Shown: in pieces, positions 40,780-54,340 of the stretch
Position numbering within the stretch: position 1 is the first letter of the stretch
How the letters are laid out: each line of letters starts with the position of its first letter
Notes under the pieces: model-generated
What the model was told of the DNA's origin: nothing
Databases searched by the model: none
The model's input: the letters and a program-made list of their open reading frames with translations, nothing else
Translations under genes and position numbers: made by a program
From: the human T2T-CHM13v2.0 reference genome, Homo sapiens
DNA length: 64,000 bases
Reading direction: 5' to 3' (one strand)
Assembly: GCF_009914755.1 (NCBI RefSeq)
Contig: NC_060925.1

Positions 40780-42810
40780 TGAAATCCGGCTTCCCAGACA
40801 ATAACGATATTAAAAAATCTCTCATTTTCTCTAAAAATCACACATAATCAAAACCAGGAGACAAAGATTTCAAAAATTGTTTTACCTATATGTAAATAAT
40901 ATTTGAAAATGATAGAGCCTACTCTGAACTTCACATCACTCCACAGAGACAGATAAAGATCAAGCGAAGATAAAGGAAAACACATCAAGGTCCTAATGGT
41001 AGACAAATTGATAGCATCACCAGAAAAAGCAAAAGTTTTTATCTTGAGAGAGAAAATTTGGGGAGAATTTTGGGAAGTGTTCTAACAGCTAGTGATCAGA
41101 ACACTGACTACTATGGTATCTAAAGGCATAGTATCATCAGTTTGTTTACAGACACAATAATGTTTGGAAAACACTATTTTGAGAGAAACTAAAGAAACTT
41201 GAAAGAGAATGATATCACTTAGAGGCTTGATGGCAAAGAAAAGTTACCAACCAGAGGATGAACCTATGAGGCCCATTACAAAATCAGATGATTCACCAAA
41301 ACTTGTCATTCAAAAAAAGATGTTATGTATTATAGAAACTTCCCTCAAATACCAATTTCTCCTTATAAATACTTGTAATTGATGGTCTGGAAAAGAATGA
41401 GAACAAATTAAAATAAATGGGAAGAGGTAGGCCTTAAATTATAGAGTAAAACAGGAGATAATCAATACTAATTAGCTAACAAAAACACTACCCCAAAATC
41501 TAACCACAAAGGGGATTATAACACTTCAAAATGAATTAAAGATAATTAAATAACTAATGAAAGATATGACATGATGCAAGTCCGAAATGCAAATACTTAG
41601 AATAGAAATATACAAAAAAAGTTGGAAAATAAGAATTGACAGTATTCAGAAAAAAATTTAAATAAAAAGACACATTTATTTCAAAGAGAAAAACTAAATC
41701 AAAATATGCCAAGAAATCATCTTTATGAAGTGTAGGGAAATATTTTAGAGTAATAGAAATATGAATAGCAGTGATGATTATATGACTATATAAAATTTCC
41801 AAATCTTTTCAAAATGTAAGCTTAAATTGAGTAAATGTATTCCATATAAGTAAGTCTCAATAAGGAAAAACAATAACTTTTGCTTTCAGATAAGATATGG
41901 TAGATTGTGAGGTTCCAATATTTTCACACACATTAATAGAGAAGAGCAGAGAAACTACAAAAATTATGTTTCACCATATTATGATTCTGTGGAGGAAACA
42001 GTCCTTTCCAGGTGGTTATTGACCATTTTCTCCACTGAAAATTTCTTGTTGATTTTGCGGACAGTCTGAGATTCCAACTTGCTCCCAGCAGAGAGACCAA
42101 AACTATGGGAGATAGAAACCAGCAGTGCATCATGGTCATTCAGGACTGTTGTGGTGGGTTGAAAACTGGATGACTGGCCAACCCTGGGTTTCCTCATATT
42201 CTGGCTGTTTTCTGGGGCAGACTAATCTGCTATATCAGCATAAAATATTTTTAGTCTCAAGGTGCTTGGGAGACAAATTGCATTCCAAAATGGTGGCTGC
42301 CTCAACCATTACCAGATAACCACTCAAGAACTTCTCGAAATTTTTATGCTGTAGGGTTAAAGGGTAAGAAACTAATTCAGAAATTGTTCAATAGCATACA
42401 TGTATTTCCCAGTCTCAAGGAGATCTGGATACAAGGCTGAATACTTTTTCTCAACAAAAACCCACAAGAGTCACATTCAGGGAAAAGGAACAAATTAGAT
42501 ATGAATTAAGTTTCATCAGAATGAAAGCCCCAAGTTGCCCCAGCTCCATTACTGATAGATTATCAACCATCCTCCGTGAGGAAAGGTATCATCTGAAGGA
42601 GACTCTACAGGGTTTTGATACAAAATATCAGACCAACATATTTAAAAATCACTAGACATACAAAAAGTCAAGAAAATATGTCCAAGAATCAAGGAAAATA
42701 AATAAATATTAGACATATATCCACAGATGTTTCAGATTTTAGACTTAGGAAACACTTTAAAATAATAATATTTTCTTTAAAAAAAAAGTAGAAAATTTAT
42801 TTTTCAAAAA
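40780..42810 (+). mobile_element. Ancient L1M 5'/ORF1-region fragments
   Basis: A-rich sense-strand sequence with L1M 5' motifs (aaaaatcactagacatacaaaaagtcaagaaaatatg). Highly degenerate. Confidence 0.5.
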
Positions 42811-42829
42811 AGGGAACCAGAAAACAAAA

Positions 42830-43003
42830 CCTCTTCTCAGTTATGCCTTGCAGTGTCCTCCCAGTGTCCTTTATCGGCAAAGTCTTAACATGGTACCAAC
42901 TTGAAAAGGAGAAATGTTTACAGGCTCTACTTTCTGTACTTCAAAACAAGGTGAAAGAAAGAAAATTGACAGCTAAGAAGCAATAAATGTATAACAGATA
43001 TCA
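42830..43003 (-). mobile_element. LTR41-like (ERVL) fragment
   Basis: gcagtgtcctcccagtgtcctttatcggcaaagtcttaacatgg...aaaggagaaatgtttacaggc...gcaataaatgtataac. Confidence 0.6.
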
Positions 43004-44574
43004 TAAGTAATGCTGAGCACTACAATCATTATTGATAATTTTATTTTGAAAAGGTTGAGAATGTAAGTACATATATTTGGGGTTAAAGTTTTCTGTATTT
43101 TATTTTTATTATTATGACCAAATTGATAATTTTCTAAAAATATATATATATATATTTTTTAACACACCTATCATCAAGCAACAGAAACACAATTTATATT
43201 TTTTAGAAGGAGCATTTGGATTTTCTTAATTTTTTAATTTGAAAATTGTGCTTCATAGCTCATATCTTTCCTATTCCTCTAGCCCCTTCCTTACTTATTT
43301 GCCAACCTTAAAATACCACCCCCCTCCCGCACTCCTGCCCTTAAACATCCAAAGACACATGCCAAGCTGGTCTTCCCATAACAACTTAGTGACATTAACA
43401 AGCCTCTTTACCTTTTGGAGGCTTCAGAAACAAAAATATGTTGACACAGGAGGGAAAGTAAGTATTAATTATTTAGTCTTTCAAATCTTTTGCTCTATTA
43501 CTCTAAGAATCTTTTTTAGCTTTGTTTTGTTTGTTTAAGTAATGAGACAGTACAAATTCTCCATTAATTTCAATCCTTTTAAATTTGTTTTTTATACACT
43601 ATTTATTTACCTGGACTAGGAACTCTATAGACAATCAAATCAAGGAAAATAATGTTCTGCTTATAGGATAAAATGAAAATGTTGATATGAAATCATAAAA
43701 GGCAAGCAGAACTCCGAATTATAGGAAGATTTGGTCAAATGGAAGAGCCTGTGCCCAAGGTATTTTTAAAAGCATAGAGCCCTATCCTATGACCTACCAG
43801 AAACACAACTTAAACTAGCCAAAGCAAAACAAATGCATGAATAAATAATAAATAAAAATACTTTATTTTCTCACATAAGTATATTTCGGTAGTAAAAAGG
43901 GATGATCATAACAGACATCTCTTTCATCTCTTTTTCTTTTATTTTAATATGTTTATTTTCTCATACAGGCTTTCTCAAGTGATGTAAAACCTGGCTGCTT
44001 GAAGTAGCACTTACTTATACATCCTTAGATCCACCTGCTTTGAGGATGCAATTTAAAATATTATAAAGAAAGACTTCTGCTTTGGTATGTCTCAAATTAA
44101 CTGATAGGATCTACCACTGGGCCCAAAGGTGATGAATATTATGATTAAATCATGAAATATAAGGCCCTTTTGATGCAAGACCAAAGAGAAAGATGGAAAA
44201 GGTTGTTGAAGAGTAATTAGCCAGTTAGCTATATATATTATGTGCCTACTACAAACATTATAAAAAATAACTAGATCAAATCATAACTATAGGTAATATC
44301 ACACACTATAGCACGAAAATTATAAATTCTTTAAAAACAAACTGGGGAAGAAATTTGCAGGATCTATATAAAGAGAATTTTTTAATTTACTAAAAAGTAT
44401 AATAGAAATTAGGAAAAAAGTAACATTGATGTATTTATTTCACTTTAGATTTAGAGGAAATATGAAGAAATAATAAAAGAGACAAAAAAATAAAATTTGC
44501 CCAAGATAACTTTTAACTACAGGTTCGAATGAATATGGCTCTGGAGCAATAATTTCCAACATTAAGTATGGCAA

Positions 44575-44835
44575 GAAATGAAGAAAGGAAAAAGGGAAAG
44601 ACAGAAGAGAAAAGAAGGAAGGAGGGAAGGAAGGAGGGAAGGAGAAAAGGAAGAAGGAAGGAAGGAAGGGAGGGAGGAAGGAGGAAGGAAGAAAGGAGGA
44701 GAGGGAGGGAGGGAGTGAAGGAGGGGAGAGAGGGGGAAGCTAGGAAGGAAGGAAGGAAGGAAAGGAGGGAGGGAGAGAGAGAGGGAGGGAGGGACAGAGG
44801 GAGGCAGAAATGGGGGAGGGGAGGGAGGGAAGAAT
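44575..44835. repeat. (GGAA/GGGA)n polypurine low-complexity tract
   Basis: About 260 bp almost exclusively A/G on the + strand. Confidence 0.95.
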
Positions 44836-45353
44836 TTGAAGTATTTGAAGTAAAGGAGACTCCTTTCTCAAGGGAAAAGAAAATGAAATCTGAGCCAACA
44901 AGTTTTACACTGGTTATGTTTCAAGGGTTATAAAGTTAAAAATAAAATTAAACTAAGAAAAAAAAGAAACACTGAAAGGAGTCATTAGGATTTTAAAAAG
45001 GGGCATTCAAACCTACGAAGGTGGAAAACCTGGAATTAACAGATGCAAAATGCAAAATATGTAAATTAGTGCTTAAAAGAAAATGAAGTGATTTAGAGTA
45101 TGGGAAAAGTATTTGAAAGTATGAAAATTTACTAGAAAAATTTTGAGAAGAACCAAAAATAATGTGGAAATGAAAAATACTATAATTGATAATACAAATG
45201 TTGGGGCAGATTTAAAGAGCAGAATAGAAAATTATTGAACTGGAAGAAGAGTTGAAGAAACTCTGAGTGACAGTATGAAAAGATGAGTTGGAGAACACTC
45301 TAACAAAGAAATTGTAAGAGACAAAAAGTATAAAGAGACCGTCATTCATTCAT

Positions 45354-45354
<1 letters not shown>

Positions 45355-45393
<39 letters not shown>

Positions 45394-45410
45394 GTATATA
45401 CAGACACACA
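45355..45410. repeat. (CA)n microsatellite
   Basis: Read directly. Confidence 0.95.
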
Positions 45411-45595
45411 GATGACTCCCAATTTATTTTTCAACTTTATAATACTGCATTTAGTATGCAGCATCACTGACAATCTAGCATGGCATGCATAAGTTGAAAA
45501 TATGGTGAAATGAATTAACTTTCCACTTAGCTATATTTTTAATTTACAATGGGTTTATTAGAACTTAACCCCATTGTAAGTTGAGGGACAATCTG

Positions 45596-45620
45596 TCTAT
45601 CTATCTATCTATCTATCTGC

Positions 45621-45654
<34 letters not shown>

Positions 45655-45669
45655 CTCTATTCTATCTAT
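45596..45669. repeat. (TCTA)n/(GATA)n tetranucleotide microsatellite
   Basis: Read directly. Confidence 0.95.
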
Positions 45670-45940
45670 ACGTGTGTATGTGCACACATAATTCCAAAGG
45701 GAAATGAATAGAGTGGTAGAGAGGTGACAGGAATTACAATGAGTACAAAATTTCCATTATAGAAAGAAAATTCAGAAAACTAATGAATTCCAAATAAAAG
45801 ACATTTAAACAAACAAACAAAAACAAAGAAACCAGAAATCTGGACTTAAACACCTCAGGAACTTCGGAAAAGCAGAGAGAAATAAAAACTATTAGAATAG
45901 CTAAAGAGAGAACATAGCTGACCTACAAAGGAACAAAGAT

Positions 45941-47220
45941 ACTTTAGCTAGTATGGAATTCTGGCTTGGTAGTTATTTTCCTCAACATACTTATTATTCA
46001 CTCATTCTAACTTCCTTTGCTGCTCTTGAGAACTTCATTATAAATCTATTGGTCCTTTTTAATCTTTTTTATCCCTTTTTTGGTAAAATCTGTTACTAAT
46101 CTTATCGCATTCTGTTTCTAAGATTTTCTTTACGGTGTTTAATTGCTTTAATTTTATTATAGGATGGGTATATATGTTTAGGTGTGAATTCCTGTTTTAT
46201 CTTTTCTGCCTGGAATTTGCTGGGTTCTTTAACTTTGTGGATTAATTTTTTTATTAGTTTCAAAAATCTCAGCTTGTGTTTTTAAATAATATAACCTCTG
46301 CCACATTCTATTCTATTTCCCTTTTCATTGTACTCCAACTAAAGACAGGTTAAAATATTTTCTGCATCTTCTAAGTTAATTACTTCCTCTTCTGTATTTA
46401 TAATTCTTATAACTCCTGATCTTCATTCTGGATTTTTTTTTCTAACTCAAACCACTAAATCATTTTTAAGCTGTGTCTAATCTACTGCTAATCCACTGGA
46501 TTCCAATTTCACTTATTGAAATATTGAGATTAGAATTTCTACTGGGGCTCATTAAAAAAGTTTTAATGTTGGCTTTTATCTCCCTGAACATATTAATTAT
46601 CCTTGTTTTGCAGTCTGTGTGTGTTAATCTACTACAAAACAAGTCTATTTCTTATGCTATTTCTTATTCATCTTGTCATTTATTCTGGCATGTCTAAATA
46701 TCTTTAATAGTGTATTAGACATTAAATTTAAAAATAAAATCTTTGCAGAATAAATTTGAGAGTTAAAAGTTATTTTTTCCAGAAGTATTTGCATTATTTT
46801 TGGATGGTACTTGGCAGCATACCTTCACCTTAATTAAATTTTAGTTCTTGAGATTTATTAGGCAGGAACAATGATTTCCAATGGAACTGTAGTGTTTGAA
46901 AAGGCTAATTTATTTCTGATTTGTACTTACTATTTTTAGGATCTTGTGCATCTATTTCTTTAGCCCTGTATGGCTGTCAAATCTCTCTTCTATTTTAACC
47001 ATTTATGGGGTGACTGAATGCCCCCCTTGACAAAAGAAGCCCTTATTTCTGGTCTTACCTCTCTAAAATTTTGTCTTCTTCTTTTAAATTGTGGCCAGTA
47101 ATTTTGTATTATTCTGTTAGTTACTTGATGCTTAAGATTTTTTAAACAAATATTAATTTAGCTTTTTTAGCTTTACTCAGTGAAATATATTTCCAAAATT
47201 ACCAAACTCATATGACCACA
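45941..47220 (-). mobile_element. Ancient HAL1/L1M ORF1 and 5' region, antisense
   Basis: tatggaattctggcttggtagttattttcctcaac, ttaagctgtgtctaatctactgctaatcca, atagtgtattagacatt. Confidence 0.6.
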
Positions 47221-48049
47221 AGGCAAATACCTCTCCTAAAGCCACTACAGTATTTTTAAGTGCTTCTAATTATTTGAAGTTCAGTCTTTACTTTTAGTAT
47301 AAACTTATGTCATAAGCAAAGACATTCAATTGATGAGCTGAAAAAGCCTGCAAGAGATGCACCAGTCTTTATTAAACACTGGGTTTAAGATACAATTAAG
47401 GAAAACCCCAGCAATAAAAAAGGATTAATCCAAAAACATCCAAAACATAACTTATTAGCATGTAATACAAAATAAATATAAATGATATTATAAAGCAGTA
47501 ACACATTATTTTAGTTAAAGTTTAAGCCAAATAATATAGCAATATGATCTATAGAAGACAATGTAAAGTTATCTTATTAGCTATAAAAAGTCCTTGAAAT
47601 ACTATCAGAGTTCAGGATTTTGTTCAACAGCTTTTTGGTTGGTTTAACTCTGTTATGTTATCAATGAACTCGATTAAGGAACACTATTAATTGCTGCATT
47701 CATGCCATTTTATTTTACAAGGAATTACCAAAGCCAGTGCAACACTGAAGAGAAGACTTTTTTTTTTTCCTCAAAGCAGCTGGTCATAGCAAAGAATTGC
47801 TCCCTCAAGAACCATAAAATTCTTCCACTTGACAGCCAGGCAGAAAAGGTGAGAACAAAATAAACAGCACCGCTAACAGGAGCTGTCACCATGATGAATG
47901 CTGATGAGCAGTAATTAATGTGGATTCTTTTAAGCAAAGCCCAGAGGTCTAAGCTGATGCCCACTGACTTAAAGATAGGGAGCAGGATGAAGGATCAAAG
48001 AGTGAAGAAACCACTCCAAAGAGATACTGCTTTTTTTGGATTCCATGTA

Positions 48050-48649
48050 CAGTCATGCGTCACTTAGTGATGGGGGTACATTCTGAGTAATGTGTCTTTA
48101 GACAATTTCATCATTGTGCAAGCATCATGAACTATGTCTACAGAAAGCTGGATGCTATAACCTACTGCACACCTAGGCTACGTGGTACAGCTTATTGCTT
48201 CTGGGGTAGAAACCTGTACAGAATGTTACTCTACTGAATATTGTAGGCAATTATAACACAATGGTAATTATTTTGTGTATCTAAGCATATTTAAACATAG
48301 TAAACCTACAGTAAAATATGGTATAAAATATTTGTTTAAATGATACTCCTGTATAGGTCACTTACCATGAATGGAGTTTGCAGGACTGAAAGTTGCTTTG
48401 GGTGAGTCAATGAGTAAGTGGTGAGTAAACGTGAGGGCCTAGGACATCACTGTACACTGCTTTAGACTTTATAAACACTATACACTTAGGCTACACTACA
48501 TTTATAAAAAATAAAGTAATTATGCTTTGACATTCAGATGGCTATGTCAGTAGGCAATACACATTTTTCAACTTAATTACAATCTATGGGACCACCCTTT
48601 GTTATTCAGTCCATCATTAACCAAAGGATTGTTATAAAGCACGTTACTG
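48050..48649. mobile_element. Tigger3c/MER7-type DNA transposon (600 bp)
   Basis: TA-flanked TIRs cagtcatgcgtcact...aagcacgttactg. Internal cacctaggcta...aaacctgtacagaatgttactctactgaata. Confidence 0.9.
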
Positions 48650-50039
48650 TAATTTATTATTTTAAGCTTAACCTTTTTATTTTCTTCTTATTCTTCTATA
48701 AAGACGTACTGTGTGATCGTTTTAGAATAACTTTTAGGTGTTCAGTTTCTAATTTTTAAGATAGTTTTTCTCTATAGTTTTTGCTAAGATGATCATTTCC
48801 AAAATGGAAATAAAAGAGTATCTCCTCAGGAAGGAGAAAAGAAAAAGGGAGGAGACATCGGGAGTTAGCAGATACAAAGATGCCAGTGACACAAGTTGCC
48901 CCGCAGTTTGGTTGAGAGGATGCTGTTTGACCATCTGACTAATACCATAATTCTCCTCCACCTTCTATCTTCTGCAGCATCCCTTTTAGGTCATTACAAG
49001 TCTAAAGAAAGCTGAGTAATGAAACGTCGCTGGGAGCCTTGTTTTTTGTGTTTTTTTTTTCCTGTGCATGCATGCACACGTGTGTGTTCACGTGTGTGTG
49101 CAAAGTGATGTAAATATTTTTCATGTGTGTCTTGGCCATTATTATTATTACTGTGTTAAATTGCCTGTTCATATCCTTTAAACATTATTTTTTGATAGTA
49201 GTCACATTTTATAAATGTTAGTCATTGAACAAATATTGTCCTATGTCAAGAATGTGCAAAGCAATATTTTAGGGAACAAAATAGAGAACAAAAAAACAAA
49301 TTTTTGCTCTCCTAGTATTTATATATTTGAAGAATGCTGTAATGATTTGTTTCACAGTTTGGCATTTGGCATTTCAATATTGCCAATGCTATTTTTAGAG
49401 AGAAAGTTTTGAATATTTGTACATTAAAAATCTTTTTTCATTGAGAGCTCTTGTAATATTGAAAACTAATTCCTTCACCATGAATTGTATTTATCTACAT
49501 ATATTTTATTCATTAATATTTTGTGTGTGTTAGAATTTTCTTTTAAATATTTAATTTAAAATTTATATTGGTATATAAATGAGACACATTATAAAAATTA
49601 TTAAAAAGCACAGTGTACTGATTGCCATCTCCATTTCTCACATAATTAAAAAATGAGATAATTGTCAAATCTGCATATGCAAAGATATTTGTTATATACT
49701 TTTGCTTTACACTGTTACATTCATGTTTTCTTACACATACGGATATGCATAAAAAGATACATGTTTTTTTCTTACACTTTGTACTCAGTTGCATTTTAAA
49801 AGTTTGTTCCTGTATTGCTAAAGCTTTGTACTGATCACTGTTTTGCTCTCTTTTCATTACATTAATTGATACAAATTGTTACTGATTGATTTGAATATTC
49901 TTTTCTATTATGATGAAAATGACCTTTTAAAAAGCCTAATTTGCCTATATATATGTATTTTTTAAAATTCATGATTCATCACAACTGTTTGACAAAGTGA
50001 AACCTATTTTTGCTCCTTTAAATATACAATGTTTCCCCC

Positions 50040-50615
50040 ATGTGATTTTATGGCTAGATAGCTCATTTATTTTCACGATTTAGTAATATTTGATTGCTTG
50101 GATGTACTTTATTTATCCATTCACCTACTGGAGGACAACTCTTGGTTGCTTTCCAGCTTTAGCATTTATGATTAAAAATGCCATGTGCAAGTTTTTGTGT
50201 GGATATAAGTTTTCAACTCCTTTGAGTAAATATCAAGGAACATGATTGCTGAATTATATAGCAAAAGTATGTATAATTTTGTAAGAATATGCAACATTGT
50301 CTTTTAAAGTGGATACTCCATTTTGCATTACAACCAGCAATGAATGAAGTTCCCAATACTTCACATTCTCATCAACTTTTGGTGTTGTCTGTGGTTTGGA
50401 TTTTTGCCATTCTAGTAGGTATTTAATGGTATCCCAGTTATTGATTTGTGATGCTCTTAAATAACATATAATGTTGACCATCCTTTCACATGCTAATTTT
50501 TTATCTGTATATTATTTTGGTTGAGTGTCTGTGCACATCTTTTGCCCATTTTTAAATTGGGTTATTTGCTTTCCTATTGCTGATTTTAAGGGTTATTGTA
50601 ACTTTTGGATAGAAG
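50040..50615 (-). mobile_element. L1MC-type ORF2 3' fragment
   Basis: tttatccattcacctactggaggaca, gtttttgtgtggatataagttttcaactcctttgagtaaata. Confidence 0.8.
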
Positions 50616-50629
50616 CTCATTTTTTGCAT

Positions 50630-51140
50630 GTCAACTTTGAAGTGTCCATTCTAAAGGTTTTGAAGTAGAAATTTCAAGTAGTTCAATAGTCCTATGGATC
50701 TGTAGTTAAGTGAAGAAGTCTTGGCTGGTGATAAAAATTTGGGAACCCTCAGGCTCTAACTGATTCTTAAGGCCAGATGGCCAGATAGGGTCATCAGATA
50801 ATCAACCAAAGGAAGAAAATACAAGCAAACTAAAGACTGAGCCTCAGGGCGTTCCAATACTTAGAGGTCAATAGAGAGGTATCCAGCAAAAGAGATTGTG
50901 ATGGAACGATCGCAAAGGTAAAAACAAACCTGGAACTTGTGGTGTCCTTTAAAACAATCGAAGCAAAGGAGAAGAGAAAAAAATTCAATTGCCTTATCTG
51001 TTCCTGATAGTTAAAATAAACTGATGACAAAGACAATTGGATTTAGTAAAATGTGAGTCACTGGTAATCTTGATAATTGCAGTTTTCATGAAGTTATGTA
51101 GGGAAAACCTGCTTCGACTTGGTTCTTAAGAGAATTGTAG
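50630..51140 (-). mobile_element. L2 fragment
   Basis: ttggctggtgataaaaatttggga, aagactgagcctcagggcgttccaatacttagaggtc. Confidence 0.65.
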
Positions 51141-53834
51141 ATGAGTTATGCCCTTGTATCATTCTTAATTTTATGCATTTGTGTGTTAATTATTTTATCT
51201 TGTTAAAATATTCCAGATATATTTGCTTACTCCAAATAATTAGTTCATAGAAATTTTCTGTCATTTCTATTGTTTTTTTTTGCTTTCTGATTTATTATTT
51301 TTCCCTTTTGTTTCCCTTAGTATATTTTAAAAATGTTAATATTTTTGTAATGTATTGAAATATAATGCTATTGGTTTGTCACCCAGTCTTTTATGTTTTG
51401 TTGCAATTAATGTCTTTCCAAATATTTGGTTTAATCTTTCTTGTCACCTTTTATTTAGTTAGTTATCAATGTAATTTATTTTTAATCAGAATCAGGGATA
51501 ATGTTTTAAATATATGAATTTTTCCCATGGGTGTATGTTATACTTCACCTGTCTTCTTATGTGTTTCTGCTTTTATGCTTCCTATAAGAGTTTATTGTTT
51601 CCTCTTGTCTGATCTGTCAACTATGCTTATCTATATTTTGCTATTGCTATTTATTGAACATCAATCTGCTAAATAATAATGAGTCAGAGCCGAAAACACG
51701 CCCAAGTAATGTGGAGTCAAATAGGTATCATTATAGCAGAGACATAATACGTGATGTGTGCTGTAAATGTTCAAGAGAGAGCTCTCTATATATGAAGTAT
51801 TTTATAACACTGCTGAACTCTATTAATGGCATCTCAACCCCCTGAGCTCTAGATAATTTGGTAAATATTTATTTTTATCATCAATCATTGCTAATATCAT
51901 TCCAGAATTTTTTCAATACAACCATTGACTTTTAATGAATAATTATCTGCTTATCCGTAACTTTAGACTAAACAACACGTAATAATTGGAAAAAAGACCT
52001 TTCACATTGCCCCTTATCGCATAGTCACAGGGTTTCTCTCTTTGGAGTCTTATCTGTGCTTTCTGGTACAGCGTCACTTGTTTCCACCAGTGTCCAATTT
52101 TAAAGGACATTTTGTTTCTTGAATCTCAAATTTGCTGCTGTCCAGTTTAGAGTGTTGCATAATCATGGCATGATCTTTGAATCAGCTTTCTTCTCAAATG
52201 TAAACTGATTTCTTACTCCAATTCAACTGGGACAAATGAATGGGACAAACACGTGCTACCACTTCCATAAGAAAACTGTTATTTTTACGTCAAAGTCTGA
52301 CATGTTTAAAGAGTTTATTAAATTTTCTTGAGGATGTGGAAAGGGGTATAGAAGATGAATTTAGCAGCTATGAATTTACACCCTTTTTAACCGACATGTG
52401 ATCCTCAAAGTTAGACATCTTGGGAGATGAATTATTGATCAGTTTTAAAGCAAACCTTATATTTGTTGTCCAGATAGTACTGTCAACAAAATACCAAAAA
52501 TGTCCTTTCATTTTGCACTTGTGCATGTATGTATGTGGGTATGTTGGACTATTCCTTTTTATTTTTCTTTATGGATAGCAGAGTACTAAATTCTTACAAC
52601 ATGATATTTCCTCAGCTCGGGATTCTTTTTGTATTTATTTAAAATTATTATCTTTAACTTCTTGGTCTTTAAAAAATAATTAATATAATAGTTTGCTGCA
52701 TCTCCATCTCTGATTTGTGTTTGTCATACTCTAGTGGTTTTAATTTTATTTTCTTTTTATCTAAATTATGGGTATTAATTGTATCTTTCACATCAAAATT
52801 ATTTTGCATTTAGTGTTTTTTCTGTACATATCATTCTAAAAATATTTATAGTTTTCCAAAAATATGCCTTTTCCTTTTTTCCAGAATGTCAATTATTGTT
52901 TTTTTTATTTCGTCTGTTTTCTTATCACTTGTTTTCCTCTCTTGTCTCACATCATCCACCCTGCCTCAAATTTACTCATGTGAAAAGCAGATGCTTTTCT
53001 GTTTAATATTATTCTGTTTAATATTAAATCTATCACAAAATACTACAGTTATGTATGACAATGTGAGAGTAGTATTTTCCATTATTTATGTTGTAGAACC
53101 ATGTCATGCTACTCATTCTGAATTATATTTCATTTTCCCAGTTTATACACCTGTGAATGATGAGAGGACTATTTAGTCCCACTGTTTTCAGTAAATAGGA
53201 TTATCACATTCTTACTTCCTAAACATGTCTCTGCTTTAATAATCCTTACTGAGCATGTTTTATTGGCCACTAAATGTACACAATATGCTTTCTGGTATTT
53301 TTGCAAACATCTATTTGGATCTGTTCCCCTAAATTAGAATCTATTTCTTCTCCTGCTAGGAATGTTCAGGATTAGATTTCACTTCTGAGTAATATAAACA
53401 AGTCAGTAGATTTTCACTTATCTCTTGATTTAAAAAAGCACATGAAAACTACAAAGCTCAGAGTGGATTGTTACTAAAATTTATTCAGTTTCAGTCTGTT
53501 TCACTGTGACATTCACAAGTGACCTGTCTTCCTACGTAATCTCCAGCTTTATTGCTGCGAATTGATTTCTTAGGAAGCACTGACTGGGGAATGAAAGGAT
53601 GTGATGATCCTGGCCACCCTGAAATATAACTCTTAGTATATATCAGTGGTGGAAAGGAGGCAGGGAGAATTGGTGAAGCTGAGTATCTATAAGGTACAGA
53701 GATATAAGTGAACTGGGGTAAATTAAATGAAATAAACTGCTATATTGTAGTTGATCCTATTTGTTCTGCTGTTTACTCAGGGTGCCTATAAAGACACTGG
53801 TATCTGGCAAATTTCTACCCTGTAGACTTTGGAC

Positions 53835-54035
53835 CAGATAGGCTGGGTTTGCTTAAGAGCCTTGACACTTTCTAGCAATATGGTTTGGATGTTATTTTAC
53901 CTCTCTTTAACATAACTCTTTTATCTATGAAACAGGGTTGATAATTGTGCCTTCCTCATGAAATCTATGAAGGTACCTCTGAAGGTTAAATTCTGAAAGT
54001 TAAATGAACTCATATCTGAAAACATTTAGGGCATT
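53835..54035 (+). mobile_element. MIR
   Basis: ttacctctct...tcttttatctatgaaacagggttgataattgtgccttcctcatg...taaatgaa. Confidence 0.55.
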
Positions 54036-54340
54036 AAATAGATAATTCAAAAACATTCTGAATTATATAATGTCTGTTCCATATATAAGCAAATATCTAC
54101 CTTATTTATGTAACTCAAATTATATCACTGAACTCATATCACTCAATTTTGTCAACTCAATCTGAGAAAGGGTGACTCAGATTTTTCTAGTTGTATTTAA
54201 AATCAAACCTTGTACAAGTACTTATGAATACATAAATTTAATAGTACTTTAATTCTTAATATCTAATATTTGTATCTAGACATATCTAGATCTTTCAGTT
54301 ATTTATTAGTTGCCAACATAAATTTTTAAGACAATAACCC

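Larger units (their letters stand above)
45020..45940 (+). mobile_element. Ancient L1M/HAL1 ORF1 fragment with nested (CA)n, MER47-type element (45409-45595) and (TCTA)n
   Basis: ORF1-like agcagaatagaaaattattgaactggaaga...acctacaaaggaacaa. MER47-like cagatgactccc...aaccccattgtaagttgagggacaatctg. Confidence 0.55.

Noticed and set aside
43136-43159. AT-only palindrome a5(ta)7t5
   Set aside because: A trivial consequence of a (TA)n microsatellite in AT-rich DNA.
44568-44933. 121-aa R/E/G/K-rich ORF
   Set aside because: Translation of a stop-free polypurine simple repeat.
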